Origin: Promethearchaeota archaeon
GTDB lineage: Archaea > Asgardarchaeota > Lokiarchaeia > Sigyniarchaeales > SOKP01
Length of the DNA: 64,000 nt
NCBI GenBank assembly: GCA_048940925.1
Contig: JBHLOC010000024.1
Coordinates: 1-64,000 of the forward strand
Direction of reading: 5' to 3'
Shown here: positions 33,206-44,156 of the stretch, piece after piece
Numbering within the stretch: the stretch's first letter is position 1
Layout of the letters: the number at the start of each line of letters is the position of its first letter
Position numbers and translations under genes: made by a program
Notes under the pieces: model-generated
Seen by the model: the letters and a program-made list of their open reading frames with translations, nothing else
Told to the model about the DNA's origin: nothing
Databases searched by the model: none

Positions 33206-34942
33206 ATGAACAGTGGTGAACTAATCGCAGATGTCTTAAAAAAACAAAATGTTAAATTTTTATTTACGCTTTGCGGAGGACATATTTCTCCTATAATTGT
33301 AGGAGCAAAAAAAGAGGGTTTGAGAGTCATAGATGTTAGACATGAAGCAACTGCTGTATTCGCTGCAGATGCGATTTCACGATTAACGGGGATCCCTGGT
33401 GTAGCAGCAGTTACGGCAGGACCCGGAGTTACAAATTCCATTACTGCTGTTAAAAATGCTCAAATGGCTCAATCTGCTATAATCATTCTTGGAGGTGCTG
33501 CGGCAACAATGTTAAAGGGAAGGGGTGCTTTACAAGATATTGAACAAATCGAATTATATAAAACTATAACAAAATGGGTTGTGTCTATTGAACAAGATTG
33601 TGATATCGTTCCAATTTTAGAAGAAGCATTTGATGTAGCAATGTCAGGAATTCCCGGACCTGTGTTCATTGAATGTCCTATTGATTTACTCTATGATGAA
33701 CAACTTGTTAAAAAATGGTATGGGATATACACGCGAAATGCACACTCAGATAGCATAAAAGATAAGATAACTAATTTGTATGTAAGACGTCATATCGATA
33801 AACTTTTTGCTTGTTCACCAAAAAAAACTGAAATTCCTGAACCCTCAGAAATAACTCCTTTTTTAATAGATCAACAGAAAATTCAAATAGCTGCTTCTCA
33901 AATTAATAATGTTTCGAAACCTCTATTAATAATAGGAAGTCAAGCGATGTTACGAATTGAAGAGATTTTTAGGTTAAAAAGTGCAATAAATAAAATGGGA
34001 ATTCCCACATACTGTACTGGAATGGCTAGAGGACTTTTAGGCGATCACAATCCATTGCAATTTCATCATAAACGGACTTCTGCACTGAAAAAAGCAGATT
34101 TAGTTATTTTAGCTGGAGTGCCTCTTGATTTTAGATTAGATTATGGACGATCAATTAATGAAGATGCTTTTTTAATAACTATTAATAGGGATAAAGAGGT
34201 ACTGTCTAAGAATAAGAAAGCAGACCTAGGAATACAAGCAGACCCTTCGATATGCTTTCAAGAAATAGCTAAAATTTCTACTCATGAGGCTAAATATAAT
34301 TCATGGATAAAGATTTTGAACGAAAATGAGGGAGAAGGCGAGAAGAAAATTCAAAAATTTTTAGAGATCCAAACTAATTTTATTAATCCCTTAATTTTAT
34401 GCCAAAAAATCAATAAATATATAGATGATAATAGTATAATTATCGGCGATGGAGGAGACTTCATCGCTACTGCATCATATATGGTTAAACCTAAAAAACC
34501 CTTAGGTTGGCTCGATCCCGGTCCATATGGAACATTAGGTGTTGGAGCAGGATTTGCGCTTGCGGCAAAATTGACACATCCTGACACTGAGGTCTGGTTA
34601 TTATATGGTGATGGTGCTGCTGGATATAGCATCATGGAATTTGATACTTTTTGCCGTCACAATATTCCAATTATTTCTGTAATAGGAAACAATGCTTGTT
34701 GGGGACAAATCGCTAGAGATCAAATTAGTTATTTGAATGATGACGTAGGTACTGTCTTAAAATATTCAAATTATGATCTTGTTGTACAAGGTTTAGGTGC
34801 TAAAGGATTTTCTATTGATAATGAAAATCAAATAGATAAATTTCTAAAACTAGCAAAAAATCACGCAAAAGAGGGTTATCCAACACTTATCAACGCCTTA
34901 ATTGGAAATACAGGTTTTAGAAAGGGATCAATTTCTATGTAA
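33206..34942 (+). CDS. ThDP-dependent enzyme, ILVBL/2-hydroxyacyl-CoA lyase-like
   Basis: [35 protein letters not shown] ThDP motif and C-terminal FRKGSISM. Confidence 0.85.
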   Translation: MNSGELIADVLKKQNVKFLFTLCGGHISPIIVGAKKEGLRVIDVRHEATAVFAADAISRLTGIPGVAAVTAGPGVTNSITAVKNAQMAQSAIIILGGAAATMLKGRGALQDIEQIELYKTITKWVVSIEQDCDIVPILEEAFDVAMSGIPGPVFIECPIDLLYDEQLVKKWYGIYTRNAHSDSIKDKITNLYVRRHIDKLFACSPKKTEIPEPSEITPFLIDQQKIQIAASQINNVSKPLLIIGSQAMLRIEEIFRLKSAINKMGIPTYCTGMARGLLGDHNPLQFHHKRTSALKKADLVILAGVPLDFRLDYGRSINEDAFLITINRDKEVLSKNKKADLGIQADPSICFQEIAKISTHEAKYNSWIKILNENEGEGEKKIQKFLEIQTNFINPLILCQKINKYIDDNSIIIGDGGDFIATASYMVKPKKPLGWLDPGPYGTLGVGAGFALAAKLTHPDTEVWLLYGDGAAGYSIMEFDTFCRHNIPIISVIGNNACWGQIARDQISYLNDDVGTVLKYSNYDLVVQGLGAKGFSIDNENQIDKFLKLAKNHAKEGYPTLINALIGNTGFRKGSISM

Positions 34943-35105
34943 AGGAAATAAGATAAAAAGGATTAATCAATTCCAATCAATGAATATCTCTTTTTCTCTT
35001 AAGTTAAGATTAGTCTTGTAATTTTAGATGAATTCAAAAATGTTCTATAATTTTTTCATTTTGAGAAATACTTCAGTAATTAAGCTATTCTTTTAGTGGT
35101 GATTT

Positions 35106-35522
35106 CTAGCTCACTTCAACGAGCGCAGCGAGTTTCGCGAGTGCCTCCCGCCAACCCACCTCATTGTCGATAGTTGAAAGACCACTTGGTAATTCTTCAT
35201 GTACAGCTATGATTTCGGTGCCATTGCCAGCATCAGTGAGTGTGGTTGTAACCTTCATCTCACCCTGTAATGTTGGATCTTCTGTTTCGAATTCGATCAT
35301 TTCAACAATCTGCTCATTCGGCACAATTTTAACGAAATGACCATGATATGTGTCTGTGTGTGCAGTTGTCTTACCGATACTCGTTGGGTTGTCATATGTG
35401 AGCGAGATCCGGTACAAACCGCCTTCGCGGGCATCGAAATTATGCACATGAATGGTCATACCTGTTGGCACCTTCCATTTACTAACCATGTTTGCATTGA
35501 TAAGAGCTTGGTAGACTTTTTC
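35106..35522 (-). pseudogene. SRPBCC (AHSA1-like) domain, in frame with the upstream VOC gene behind a TGA
   Basis: ...STSVNHHINAP*EKVYQALINANMVSKWKVP...; DAREGG and GW..AL motifs. Confidence 0.75.
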
Positions 35523-36443
35523 TCAGGGCGCGTTTATATGGTGATTTACACTGGTTGACTTTTTTTCTGCGAATGCATTTTTTAATTTTGCGATATCAAA
35601 TTTTTTCATTTTAAGAAATGCTTCTGTTACCCGTGCGATTTTCTTTTTATCTTTATCTCCCAACATCTCATCCATAACAATAGGAACAATTTGCCATGAG
35701 AGCCCATACTTGTCCTTTAGCCAACCACACTGTTCTGCCTTTGGGTCAGCAGAGAGCTTTTCCCAATAATAATCTATCTCATCTTGGGTATTGCAGTGAA
35801 CTATAAATGAAATTGCCTCGTTGAAAGTAAAATTATGTTCACGAGCACTATCCATGGCTGCAAACTCCTGGTTTTCAAGTATGAATGAAGCGTGCTTAAT
35901 TGTTCCTTCTTTGTCGGGTTCCTCACCATCGTTGTAGTAGAGGATATCACCTACTTTTGCTTTATGAAACACCGATACGTAAAAATTAACTGCTTCTTCC
36001 GCTTTTCCGGAAACATTTCCAACAAACATAAGAGTTGGGGTAATTCTCTGCTTTATCTCACCCTCATCGATAAGCATTACCTGCCAAGAGAGTCCATACT
36101 TATCCTGCACCCATCCGTATTTTTTGCTGAATGGGTATTCATCAAGTTCCATAAGTACCATACCTCCTTCTAAAAGTTTTCCCCATATAGTATTGACTTC
36201 TTCTTTCGTCTTACAGGCAATAAGAAATGATATAGATGGAGTGAATTTAAAAAGAGGACCTGCACTGATAAGTGTGAATTCCTGCCCAAAAAGTTCAATA
36301 GTAATCATATCTACTGAGCCGGAAGGGGTATTATGAAGCGTTGTTGTGTTCTTAATCTCTGAGTTTTTGAATATAGATGTGTAAAACATAGCTGCCTCTT
36401 TAGCTTCTTTATCAAACCATAAATGTGGCGTTACTTTTTGCAT
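35523..36443 (-). CDS. VOC/PhnB-like (3-demethylubiquinone-9 methyltransferase-like) tandem-domain protein
   Basis: KVTPHLWF, GWVQDKYGLSWQ and CGWLKDKYGLSWQ. Confidence 0.9.
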   Translation of the reverse strand: MQKVTPHLWFDKEAKEAAMFYTSIFKNSEIKNTTTLHNTPSGSVDMITIELFGQEFTLISAGPLFKFTPSISFLIACKTKEEVNTIWGKLLEGGMVLMELDEYPFSKKYGWVQDKYGLSWQVMLIDEGEIKQRITPTLMFVGNVSGKAEEAVNFYVSVFHKAKVGDILYYNDGEEPDKEGTIKHASFILENQEFAAMDSAREHNFTFNEAISFIVHCNTQDEIDYYWEKLSADPKAEQCGWLKDKYGLSWQIVPIVMDEMLGDKDKKKIARVTEAFLKMKKFDIAKLKNAFAEKKSTSVNHHINAP

Positions 36444-37064
36444 TTTATTCCTCCTATTTTTAATTATTTTTCATTTTTTTTTATATAAAATTATTGGAAT
36501 ATAATATAACTGAAGAAAAGTTGGATTCAAAAAGTTATATTTTATACTTTTTAAGATATATACAAAGATCGAATAATTGATAAAGGTGAATTATGATTAT
36601 TAATTACAAATTATTGAAGAAATTTCACTAACTAAAAAACCCAAATTTAATAAAAGACTTTATTTGCTTAACTAAAATTTGATTAAAATAACCTTAGACA
36701 TTTTTGAAAAGAATTTTAGATGAAAATATAATAAGAAATTCCTATTGCATTTAATACACCAGCGTTAATTATCCTCATCTTTAACAGAGTTTTGCTTATC
36801 CAGTGCAATTGAACTTCGATTGAAACCATATAATGAGAATTTATACATCTTTTAAAAGAAAATTATGGATTTCTTATACTTTAATCCTTCTTGATAAAAA
36901 GTCTATTTCATATTTATTACGTGAATTCCTCTCAAAATAGATATTTTCCAATAAATTTTTAATATTGAACTTATAATATTTTATCGACAGTGTTTATCTA
37001 ATTATAGGATAGATAAGGTTGAAGATCAGATCTTTTACATAAAATAGTCTAAAAAAGTGAAGTC

Positions 37065-37481
37065 ATGAATATTAAGAAGATACCAATTAGACCAGATAAA
37101 ATAGGAATAGACCTGGTATTATGTCCAAAGACTAATTTATATTTACAGGATTTATTTTGTAAAAGATGTGGGTATTATGAGGCGGATAACGAAAGATTTG
37201 TCCTGTGCGGGTTTACAGGTCATCATTATGGCAAGGCAGATCCTGTAAAAGATAAATTGATTAAAGATCTCTCCAACAAATTTATTACGGAACTCCCAAT
37301 TGACGAGACGAAGCGATCAGAAATTAATTTTGCCCAACGATTAAAAACGGCTACTCCAATAAAATCCGATAAAGAATTACTACAGCAAGAACTTTCTGAT
37401 TACATGCGTACGCAAAATTTAGCCACACGACTAGAGAATAATAAAAAGAAGACCTCTAAAGAATCTAACTCTTTTAATTGA
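37065..37481 (+). CDS. hypothetical protein with N-terminal four-Cys metal site
   Basis: CPK...CKRC...LCG. Confidence 0.65.
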   Translation: MNIKKIPIRPDKIGIDLVLCPKTNLYLQDLFCKRCGYYEADNERFVLCGFTGHHYGKADPVKDKLIKDLSNKFITELPIDETKRSEINFAQRLKTATPIKSDKELLQQELSDYMRTQNLATRLENNKKKTSKESNSFN

Positions 37482-37773
37482 TTTGTAGGGTTCTTGAGCT
37501 TTTTTTCAACTATTAAATTTTATCATATAGTTAATTATTCTGCAGAAGCTAAAAAATGTTATTCGAGAAATTATGTGCATCCATTTAGATATCATTATAA
37601 AAAATTTCTTCTAAAATCTTGATTTTGGTCTTTAAAATGATTTTTTCTTCCTCAATATAATAGTTTATATTAAAGTTCGAAGTCTCCTTAGTATGACTTA
37701 TGAAAATCTCTAGGGATACACAGAAATTTTAGTTAGAGTTAAGATTTTTGAATTTATGATATTTTTAATATTC

Positions 37774-38430
37774 TTAAGAAACTATTACACCTTCGTATTG
37801 AGGGATAAAAATCATAAGGACATCTAGATTATGGCTTAACACGAGAAATTGATCGATAGAGTACCATAACCCACATACATTCCCACAATAATAACCATAA
37901 TCTAAATACATTTCAATAAAAATAACATTGCTCAATAATATAGTAGTAGTATCACTATAGACATTTGATAGTTGCGTGAAATTCAAATACCACGCAATAT
38001 CAGCGCTAAGATAACTTTCTACTGATAACAATGATTGATTGTTTTGATCTTTTACATTAAATATTGTATTGTTATTATAAGACAAATATAATTCAGAATT
38101 TTCCTCTGCGATTACAACATATCTTAAAAAATGTTTATAAAACATTTCCCAATGGAATTTCGTGTCATTCTCTATTCGACCTTTCAGAAAACATATAAAA
38201 TCCACATCAATTATATTTTTAAATTCATCATCTCGTTCTATATAATTATTCAAATACGCTGTATAATTTAATGTTTCGACTTTATGTATGATTTCCTCTC
38301 TATTTGAACCTTGTACATCATATACAATAAAGTAATAAATTCTTGATTTAATTGCAGTTAAATTTAAAATTATAGGAAAAAAAATAAGTCCTAATACAAG
38401 AAGACTGATTAATAATAACCTTATTTTCAT
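37774..38430 (-). CDS. membrane-anchored hypothetical protein
   Basis: N-terminal hydrophobic helix; YYCGNVCG. Confidence 0.65.
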   Translation of the reverse strand: MKIRLLLISLLVLGLIFFPIILNLTAIKSRIYYFIVYDVQGSNREEIIHKVETLNYTAYLNNYIERDDEFKNIIDVDFICFLKGRIENDTKFHWEMFYKHFLRYVVIAEENSELYLSYNNNTIFNVKDQNNQSLLSVESYLSADIAWYLNFTQLSNVYSDTTTILLSNVIFIEMYLDYGYYCGNVCGLWYSIDQFLVLSHNLDVLMIFIPQYEGVIVS

Positions 38431-38472
38431 TATATTATCTATTTTTTTTTTAACTTACTGTTTGTTCTCTTA

Positions 38473-39186
38473 TTAAACAATTACTTTTTTGTCTTTAACA
38501 TTATATATTTTAGAAATCTTTCTCCTCCCATATATAGCATAAATAATAAATAGGAAAATTGATACTACGAAAACTGGAAAGCTTGATTCGATTAAATAGT
38601 CTACAGGAGGGATAGATGATAGATTCATTAAATTTAGAATAAAACCAGTAAAAGGTATATATAGATAGTAAATTATTGGAATTAATATGATTGTTCCAAG
38701 AGAGATAATAACGTAATGTCTATAGCATCGTTCACAAAAATATCCCTTTACGTTAAATATTTTAATGGGTGTTAATCCTGACCTATTTTTTGTAAATATT
38801 TTCGTTGGTATATGAGTTTGACACTTATAACATATCGTTTCATTATCACTGATTTTTTCACTGAATTTTTGGGTTATTGCTGTTTTTTTGATTAAATCAT
38901 AAGATATATAATACCATATAATAGTATTCATAAAAATGAATGAAATTAATAAAATTATCAACCAGAATATTTCAATTAAAGCTAACTCTTGATAAATTGG
39001 AACTAAAGAACCAGGAAAAAAGTCTGGACCTAAAGGACCAGAATAATTCTCTTTAATTAAATTTAGATAATAAGCTGTCATTATGATTATTACGACAAAA
39101 CATGATAAAAATCCTAGAATTAAAAACTTTAATAATAAAAGTGTTCGGTTTTTTGTCCTCTCCAATTCATTAGATAGACCATGCAT
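38473..39186 (-). CDS. membrane protein with cytoplasmic CxxC...CxxC zinc finger
   Basis: Four TM segments flanking CYKC...CERC. Confidence 0.65.
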   Translation of the reverse strand: MHGLSNELERTKNRTLLLLKFLILGFLSCFVVIIIMTAYYLNLIKENYSGPLGPDFFPGSLVPIYQELALIEIFWLIILLISFIFMNTIIWYYISYDLIKKTAITQKFSEKISDNETICYKCQTHIPTKIFTKNRSGLTPIKIFNVKGYFCERCYRHYVIISLGTIILIPIIYYLYIPFTGFILNLMNLSSIPPVDYLIESSFPVFVVSIFLFIIYAIYGRRKISKIYNVKDKKVIV

Positions 39187-39363
39187 ATAATCTAGATTCG
39201 GTATAAATTGTAATTAAAGTCTTTAGTTAGAAATATGAATAATATTATTTATTAAATTTTTCTTTTAATGAATTCTCCATTATATTTATTAATTAGACTT
39301 AGAAAAGAAATATAAGAACAGAAATGTAAGAAGAAATAACAAGTAAAACGAAGAAATAAAATT

Positions 39364-39570
39364 ATGTTAATTAGCATGGGAATAGTTGGATTAATTTTCA
39401 TAATAATTGGAATTAACTTAATATTTCTTGAATATCCCCCATATTCACCAATTAACGCGTTAGCAATAACATTTATTATATTAGACTCTATATTTTTAGC
39501 CTTAAGCTTATCTATTCCTATGGAAAATAAATTTGGATGCTCAAGATGCTGGTATTGTATAGAGCTGTAG
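39364..39570 (+). CDS. small two-TM protein with Cys-rich tail
   Basis: Two hydrophobic helices then CSRCWYC. Confidence 0.45.
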   Translation: MLISMGIVGLIFIIIGINLIFLEYPPYSPINALAITFIILDSIFLALSLSIPMENKFGCSRCWYCIEL

Positions 39571-39581
39571 AGGTTACAATC

Positions 39582-40202
39582 TCATCTTAATCTATCTAAT
39601 TTTTCATTTTTCTGATCTTTTTGTATACAAGGATGTGCTCGAATATTAGTAGAATAAGGGTTTGAAGATGCATCTGAATATTGATTTTTGGTTAAATCTC
39701 TCAATTCACCCATAAGATCATACATCCAATCTGCCAATTTAACATCTATAGGGGAATCATAATAAGGTAAATGGGGTTTTATGTCGATTACAGGAGTTCC
39801 ATCAATCGCATCTAATTGTTCCACAAATAATATATTTCCTTTTCTTTCTATTAGTTTAACTGTGGTCATACAAATCGGATTTGGTCTTGCTGGAGATCGG
39901 GTAGCAAAGATTCCTTTCAGAGGAAATTTCCGTATGCCTGCTGGATGTACTTTTTTAATCTGTCTGGCTTTATCCGAGATTTTATGTGTCCAAAATAAGA
40001 TATTAATGTGAGAAAAATCCTCAATTCCATCTAAACAATCAATATATTCATCGTTTATTATAATCTTAGACTTCATCAAATCTGCACCTTGATTACGTGC
40101 TACTTTACCATCAAGTTTTAGATCATTTTTTGAAACCCTAAGAACTTCTTTTTTAGCATCATTTTTTACAATTCCAATTGGAGTTAGAGTAAAATCTGTC
40201 AT
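39582..40202 (-). CDS. tsaA: tRNA m6t6A37 methyltransferase TrmO/TsaA family
   Basis: PIG, GIEDFSH, GIFATRSPARPNPI and LDAIDGTPVIDIKP. Confidence 0.92.
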   Translation of the reverse strand: MTDFTLTPIGIVKNDAKKEVLRVSKNDLKLDGKVARNQGADLMKSKIIINDEYIDCLDGIEDFSHINILFWTHKISDKARQIKKVHPAGIRKFPLKGIFATRSPARPNPICMTTVKLIERKGNILFVEQLDAIDGTPVIDIKPHLPYYDSPIDVKLADWMYDLMGELRDLTKNQYSDASSNPYSTNIRAHPCIQKDQKNEKLDRLR

Positions 40203-40417
40203 TATATAAATTTTGAATGTTTTATTATGATCAGTAAATCATACTATTTTATAATATAGTATGAAATAAATATTTATTATATGGACTCGAATCTCGACTT
40301 CTTTTTGGTAAAATTTGTACTTTCTACATTGATTATCTTATTTCATTTAAACAGCTGTCAATATCTTCTTTTATTGTGTCTTAATATTCTTATTTTAAAA
40401 AATTTAAAAAGAAAAAA

Positions 40418-41641
40418 TTATTTCTTAACTTTTCCTAAAAACCTTTGAAATAAATTGAGACAATTTTTTTCTCTGTCTATAATCAAATCCACTAAATCTA
40501 AATTATAATTTCTGCGCCTTGGATTATCTAATATTACTGTAAATCCCCATAGAGTTTCCATAATAGGTAAAATTCTACAGAGTTGATTAATGTCATCCCT
40601 CTTTAGATTTGATATATTATATACAAAAGATTTACCTTTCTTTAGTTTTACCACTAACTCTTCTATTTTAGTTATTTTATTTAATCTCTCATCCCAATAT
40701 GATTGTTTTAGAAGATTTGCTGCATTAATTATCTCTTCATAATAGTCTGCTATTTTAGCTAACATAAAATATTGTGAATATTTTTCAGCGGCTTTTTTTA
40801 AAAATTTAGAAGCATTAGAACGATCATATAAAAGTTGTCCACATTGAGTAGTAATACTCCAAATAACAGGCCAAGTAATTTCTGAGTTTTTTATTTCATC
40901 TTTTAATTCATTAAAAGCGGTTATCCCTTTGTTTACTGTTTTTCCTTTTAGTAGAGGTGTACTGTATTTCTGAGCACCAACGTGATCTTTATAAGGCAAT
41001 GATTCTCCTTGATATATATCTATAACTCTAGCTATTGATTCAACAATAATTTTTTCTTCCTCAGGTTGAGAAGTTTTATTTTTTAAAATAAAAATAGGAT
41101 TATCTGCCCAAATAATAGACCCTGGAACAGGGCCATCCCATTTTTCTGGGATATGAATCTTTTTGTAATTATAAGATTTTGAGATATCCTCGTGCCCAAT
41201 TTGTAAAAAAAGTTCATTTGTATCTTCATTTATACCAGTAATAATATTAGCGCCATGGTACCATCGAGTACCTAAATTAGATGTGATAACTGGATAACCT
41301 TGTTCTAATGAGTGCTTAATTCGATTTCTTACTTTATCTATCGTCTCATTGATATACCATTTTCCCTCCCAACCAAGTGAAGAACATGCTAATGAAACTG
41401 TATCAATCGGGACTCGATCACGCATGGGTTCACGCACATCTTTTTTATCATACATAAATTTAAAAGCATCTCCAGATATACCCGCCAACCACCAAGAATT
41501 AACATTTTGATCTAAATACTTTAAACAAGATTCAAGTGCAAGCATTAACATGTCTCCAGCATCCCAATTGAGATGAAAGATTGGAACATCTGGAATAACT
41601 AATTCATTTTTATGTCCTTCACTTTTCATATGAATCCTCAA
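40418..41641 (-). CDS. hypothetical protein, possibly BtrH/papain-like N-terminal fold
   Basis: Long ORF; LAGISGDAFKF and IKHSLEQGYPVI resemble that fold, weak assignment. Confidence 0.6.
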   Translation of the reverse strand: MRIHMKSEGHKNELVIPDVPIFHLNWDAGDMLMLALESCLKYLDQNVNSWWLAGISGDAFKFMYDKKDVREPMRDRVPIDTVSLACSSLGWEGKWYINETIDKVRNRIKHSLEQGYPVITSNLGTRWYHGANIITGINEDTNELFLQIGHEDISKSYNYKKIHIPEKWDGPVPGSIIWADNPIFILKNKTSQPEEEKIIVESIARVIDIYQGESLPYKDHVGAQKYSTPLLKGKTVNKGITAFNELKDEIKNSEITWPVIWSITTQCGQLLYDRSNASKFLKKAAEKYSQYFMLAKIADYYEEIINAANLLKQSYWDERLNKITKIEELVVKLKKGKSFVYNISNLKRDDINQLCRILPIMETLWGFTVILDNPRRRNYNLDLVDLIIDREKNCLNLFQRFLGKVKK

Positions 41642-41668
41642 CCTTTTAAAATATTTGGATTAAGATTC

Positions 41669-41905
41669 TTATTTTTTCCATAGAATAAATAGTCGTTCAC
41701 CTTCGATATGCCTTAATCGGGAAAGTTCTTGAGTAGCTTCAAGTGTTCCCACATATTTTTCATCGTCTCGCATAATGAAATATCTATTCATTATATACTT
41801 CTCTTCTAATAAAATCCAAAATTCTGCTAAATTTTCTTTGACTGATATGAATTTTTCTAATGGTTTCTTCCGCGATATGTATAATTTTAAGACGTAATTT
41901 TTGAG
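41669..41905 (-). pseudogene. remnant of DUF438/PAS_10-type C-terminal domain
   Basis: AEFWI...RYFIMRD..KYVGTLEATQELSRLRHIEGER; a frameshift separates it from upstream IHIAEET. Confidence 0.7.
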
Positions 41906-42019
41906 TAAAAATATTATCTAATAATCAATCCACAACTAATTATATATTGCAATAATTTTCAAATTTCATATAATTTAAATTATTTTTATAATTTAACTCA
42001 ACAATAATAAACTTAGTTT

Positions 42020-42397
42020 ATGATTAATATGATTTTTCAGACATTTGAAGAAGTTATGTGGTTATTGGTATTTTATCTTATAGTTTTATTGATAATGGCG
42101 ATATTTCTGAAAGTAGCTTTAAATCTCTTTAGTAAAGCGAAAAACACTGAGTTTGGACGCGTATTTTTAACCGCGTTTTTGATTACATTAACTTTCGCAT
42201 TAGTTTTTTATTTTATAGGAGGTTGGATTGCATGGGTGATTGCTTTGGTTATAACTTGGATACTTATAAGTGCTAGCCATAACACAGGATTTTTGCTTGC
42301 AATTGTTATCACAGTTATAGCTTTCTTAATATATGTTCTTGTTGTTATTTTGCTAAGTGCTTTATTACAAGTCACAATTAATATATTACCGTTCTAG
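42020..42397 (+). CDS. small four-TM membrane protein
   Basis: Hydrophobic ORF followed by T-runs. Confidence 0.7.
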   Translation: MINMIFQTFEEVMWLLVFYLIVLLIMAIFLKVALNLFSKAKNTEFGRVFLTAFLITLTFALVFYFIGGWIAWVIALVITWILISASHNTGFLLAIVITVIAFLIYVLVVILLSALLQVTINILPF

Positions 42398-42616
42398 ATT
42401 CTTTTTTTTAAATTCTATTTTTTTTTTTGAATATAAATTTAGAACTGATCTGAGTTTTTAAGCAGTTTAATTATAGCAATAGTTCTGATGCTTGGAATAG
42501 AATTAATTCATTAGGTATTACATTTCATATTATTTTGCAATACCACTACGATATTTATCTATATTTTACCTTTGAAATATGTTAAATTGCTTTTTAAAAA
42601 ATACGCTATAAGAATC

Positions 42617-43489
42617 TCAGATATTACTCTTATAATTTAAATCCCATTCTCTAATTGCTGAGACGAGGTTTAAAAAATGCTCTTTGAAATTTATTGGAGT
42701 TGAATATTCACGAAGATATAAATTGGGGTTATAAAGGGAAGAGGGGAGCGTAAATCTACCTTTTCTAGGAAGCCATCTTTTTTCAGATATTTCTTTATAG
42801 AGGTTAAATCCATCTGGATCCGACTTTAAACTCAATTTATTTGAAACCATATAAATTCTGACCATTTGAGATTCAATCTCTTTACGTTTTATTAATTTTA
42901 TTTGAATTTCGAGTTTAATATAATAGGATTTACGAAATATTACAATGAGTGTATCATGGAATAAACCTCTTAGGATAGGGATAGATATTCCTAAGATCAT
43001 ATAGATTATAACTAATCTTATAATGAGAGAGGTAGTATAATAATTGGAAGAAAGGTAAAATCCAAAATTTATAAAGATAAGGAAAATGATTGACAAAATA
43101 ACAAAAACCAAAAAGTTAAAATCTGCTTTAAATTTCCTTTGAGCTTTAAATCCTAAATAGTTTAATTCTTTTTTAAGGTACTTTAACAAGGTAGGACAAA
43201 ATTTGGTGTGAGATAGTAAAAAAGAATGTAAAACAATATAGATAAAAAAAAAACTCCATGTAAGAATTTGATTTAAAACCATTTTTAAATAAATCTGTGT
43301 ATAAAGACTAATCAAAAATTGATGCATCAAATACAAAATAATTAGCAATATTATCATTATATAGACTTTGGATAAAGTGTTCAAATATTCAGCTTTTACT
43401 TTACTAAAAAAAGGGGGAATACTATATTCCTCCTCATAATTTGCATCATATTGTGGCTTATCATAGTTTTTCATTTTAGAGCACTCCAC
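42617..43489 (-). CDS. membrane hypothetical protein
   Basis: Four TM segments plus soluble C-terminus; overlaps the upstream gene end. Confidence 0.65.
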   Translation of the reverse strand: MECSKMKNYDKPQYDANYEEEYSIPPFFSKVKAEYLNTLSKVYIMIILLIILYLMHQFLISLYTQIYLKMVLNQILTWSFFFIYIVLHSFLLSHTKFCPTLLKYLKKELNYLGFKAQRKFKADFNFLVFVILSIIFLIFINFGFYLSSNYYTTSLIIRLVIIYMILGISIPILRGLFHDTLIVIFRKSYYIKLEIQIKLIKRKEIESQMVRIYMVSNKLSLKSDPDGFNLYKEISEKRWLPRKGRFTLPSSLYNPNLYLREYSTPINFKEHFLNLVSAIREWDLNYKSNI

Positions 43490-43932
43490 CTTTTCGATTT
43501 ATGTTTTTCTTCTTCTGGAGAAGTCCAATATTTCTGTACAATTTCTCGAAATAATATAAAATCTGGATTATCTTTTTCATTCAATTTAACCATATGAAAT
43601 TTACTTGTCTTTTTCTTGATTTTAATGAAATTTTGTTCACTCAAAAAATCAAAAGCATGGATTAATTTCTCTCGTCTATCTATATTCAAACAATTCATGA
43701 TATCTGTTTTAGTAATCACATCTTTAGAAAGTGGTAATTTTGCCAAACTCATTAAGACTTGTCCCCCTCTGAGAGAAAATATAGTAGTTAATCTATTAAA
43801 AATTCGACAAATTGACTTCAATAAATCGTTTAAATCATTATAAAAGTCGATTTTCTCACGACTATTTAGCTCTAAAACCTCATCAAAATTATCTAAACGA
43901 TATTTTTTAATAAAATCATTAATTGAATTCAT
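43471..43932 (-). CDS. putative winged-helix DNA-binding protein
   Basis: ITKTDIMNCLNIDRREKLIHAFDFLSEQNFIKI..beta hairpin. Confidence 0.6.
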   Translation of the reverse strand: MNSINDFIKKYRLDNFDEVLELNSREKIDFYNDLNDLLKSICRIFNRLTTIFSLRGGQVLMSLAKLPLSKDVITKTDIMNCLNIDRREKLIHAFDFLSEQNFIKIKKKTSKFHMVKLNEKDNPDFILFREIVQKYWTSPEEEKHKSKRWSALK

Positions 43933-44020
43933 GCTATGTATAAAACAGAGAACATTTATTATTAAAACCTTCTATACTGTATTTTTATGATTTTATGAAT
44001 ATATTTTAATTATACAAGGA

Positions 44021-44060
44021 TTATGTCTTTTAAGACATAAAATATGCCATCTAAGACAAT
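44021..44060. promoter_or_regulatory. palindromic operator pair in a divergent promoter
   Basis: TTATGTCTT-TT-AAGACATAA (44021-44040) and a degenerate copy ATATGCCATCTAAGACAAT (44042-44060). Confidence 0.6.
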
Positions 44061-44156
44061 AGTTAAATAATAATTTTTTTAAAGCAATTAAATAATGGGA
44101 ATTAATAGAGATCTATTAGTAAGATCTATAAATTAAATTGAAAAATTAGAAAGATA

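Noticed and set aside
35523-35525. TGA as selenocysteine
   Set aside because: The position is not a catalytic Cys site and I saw no SECIS-like hairpin; a nonsense mutation is simpler.
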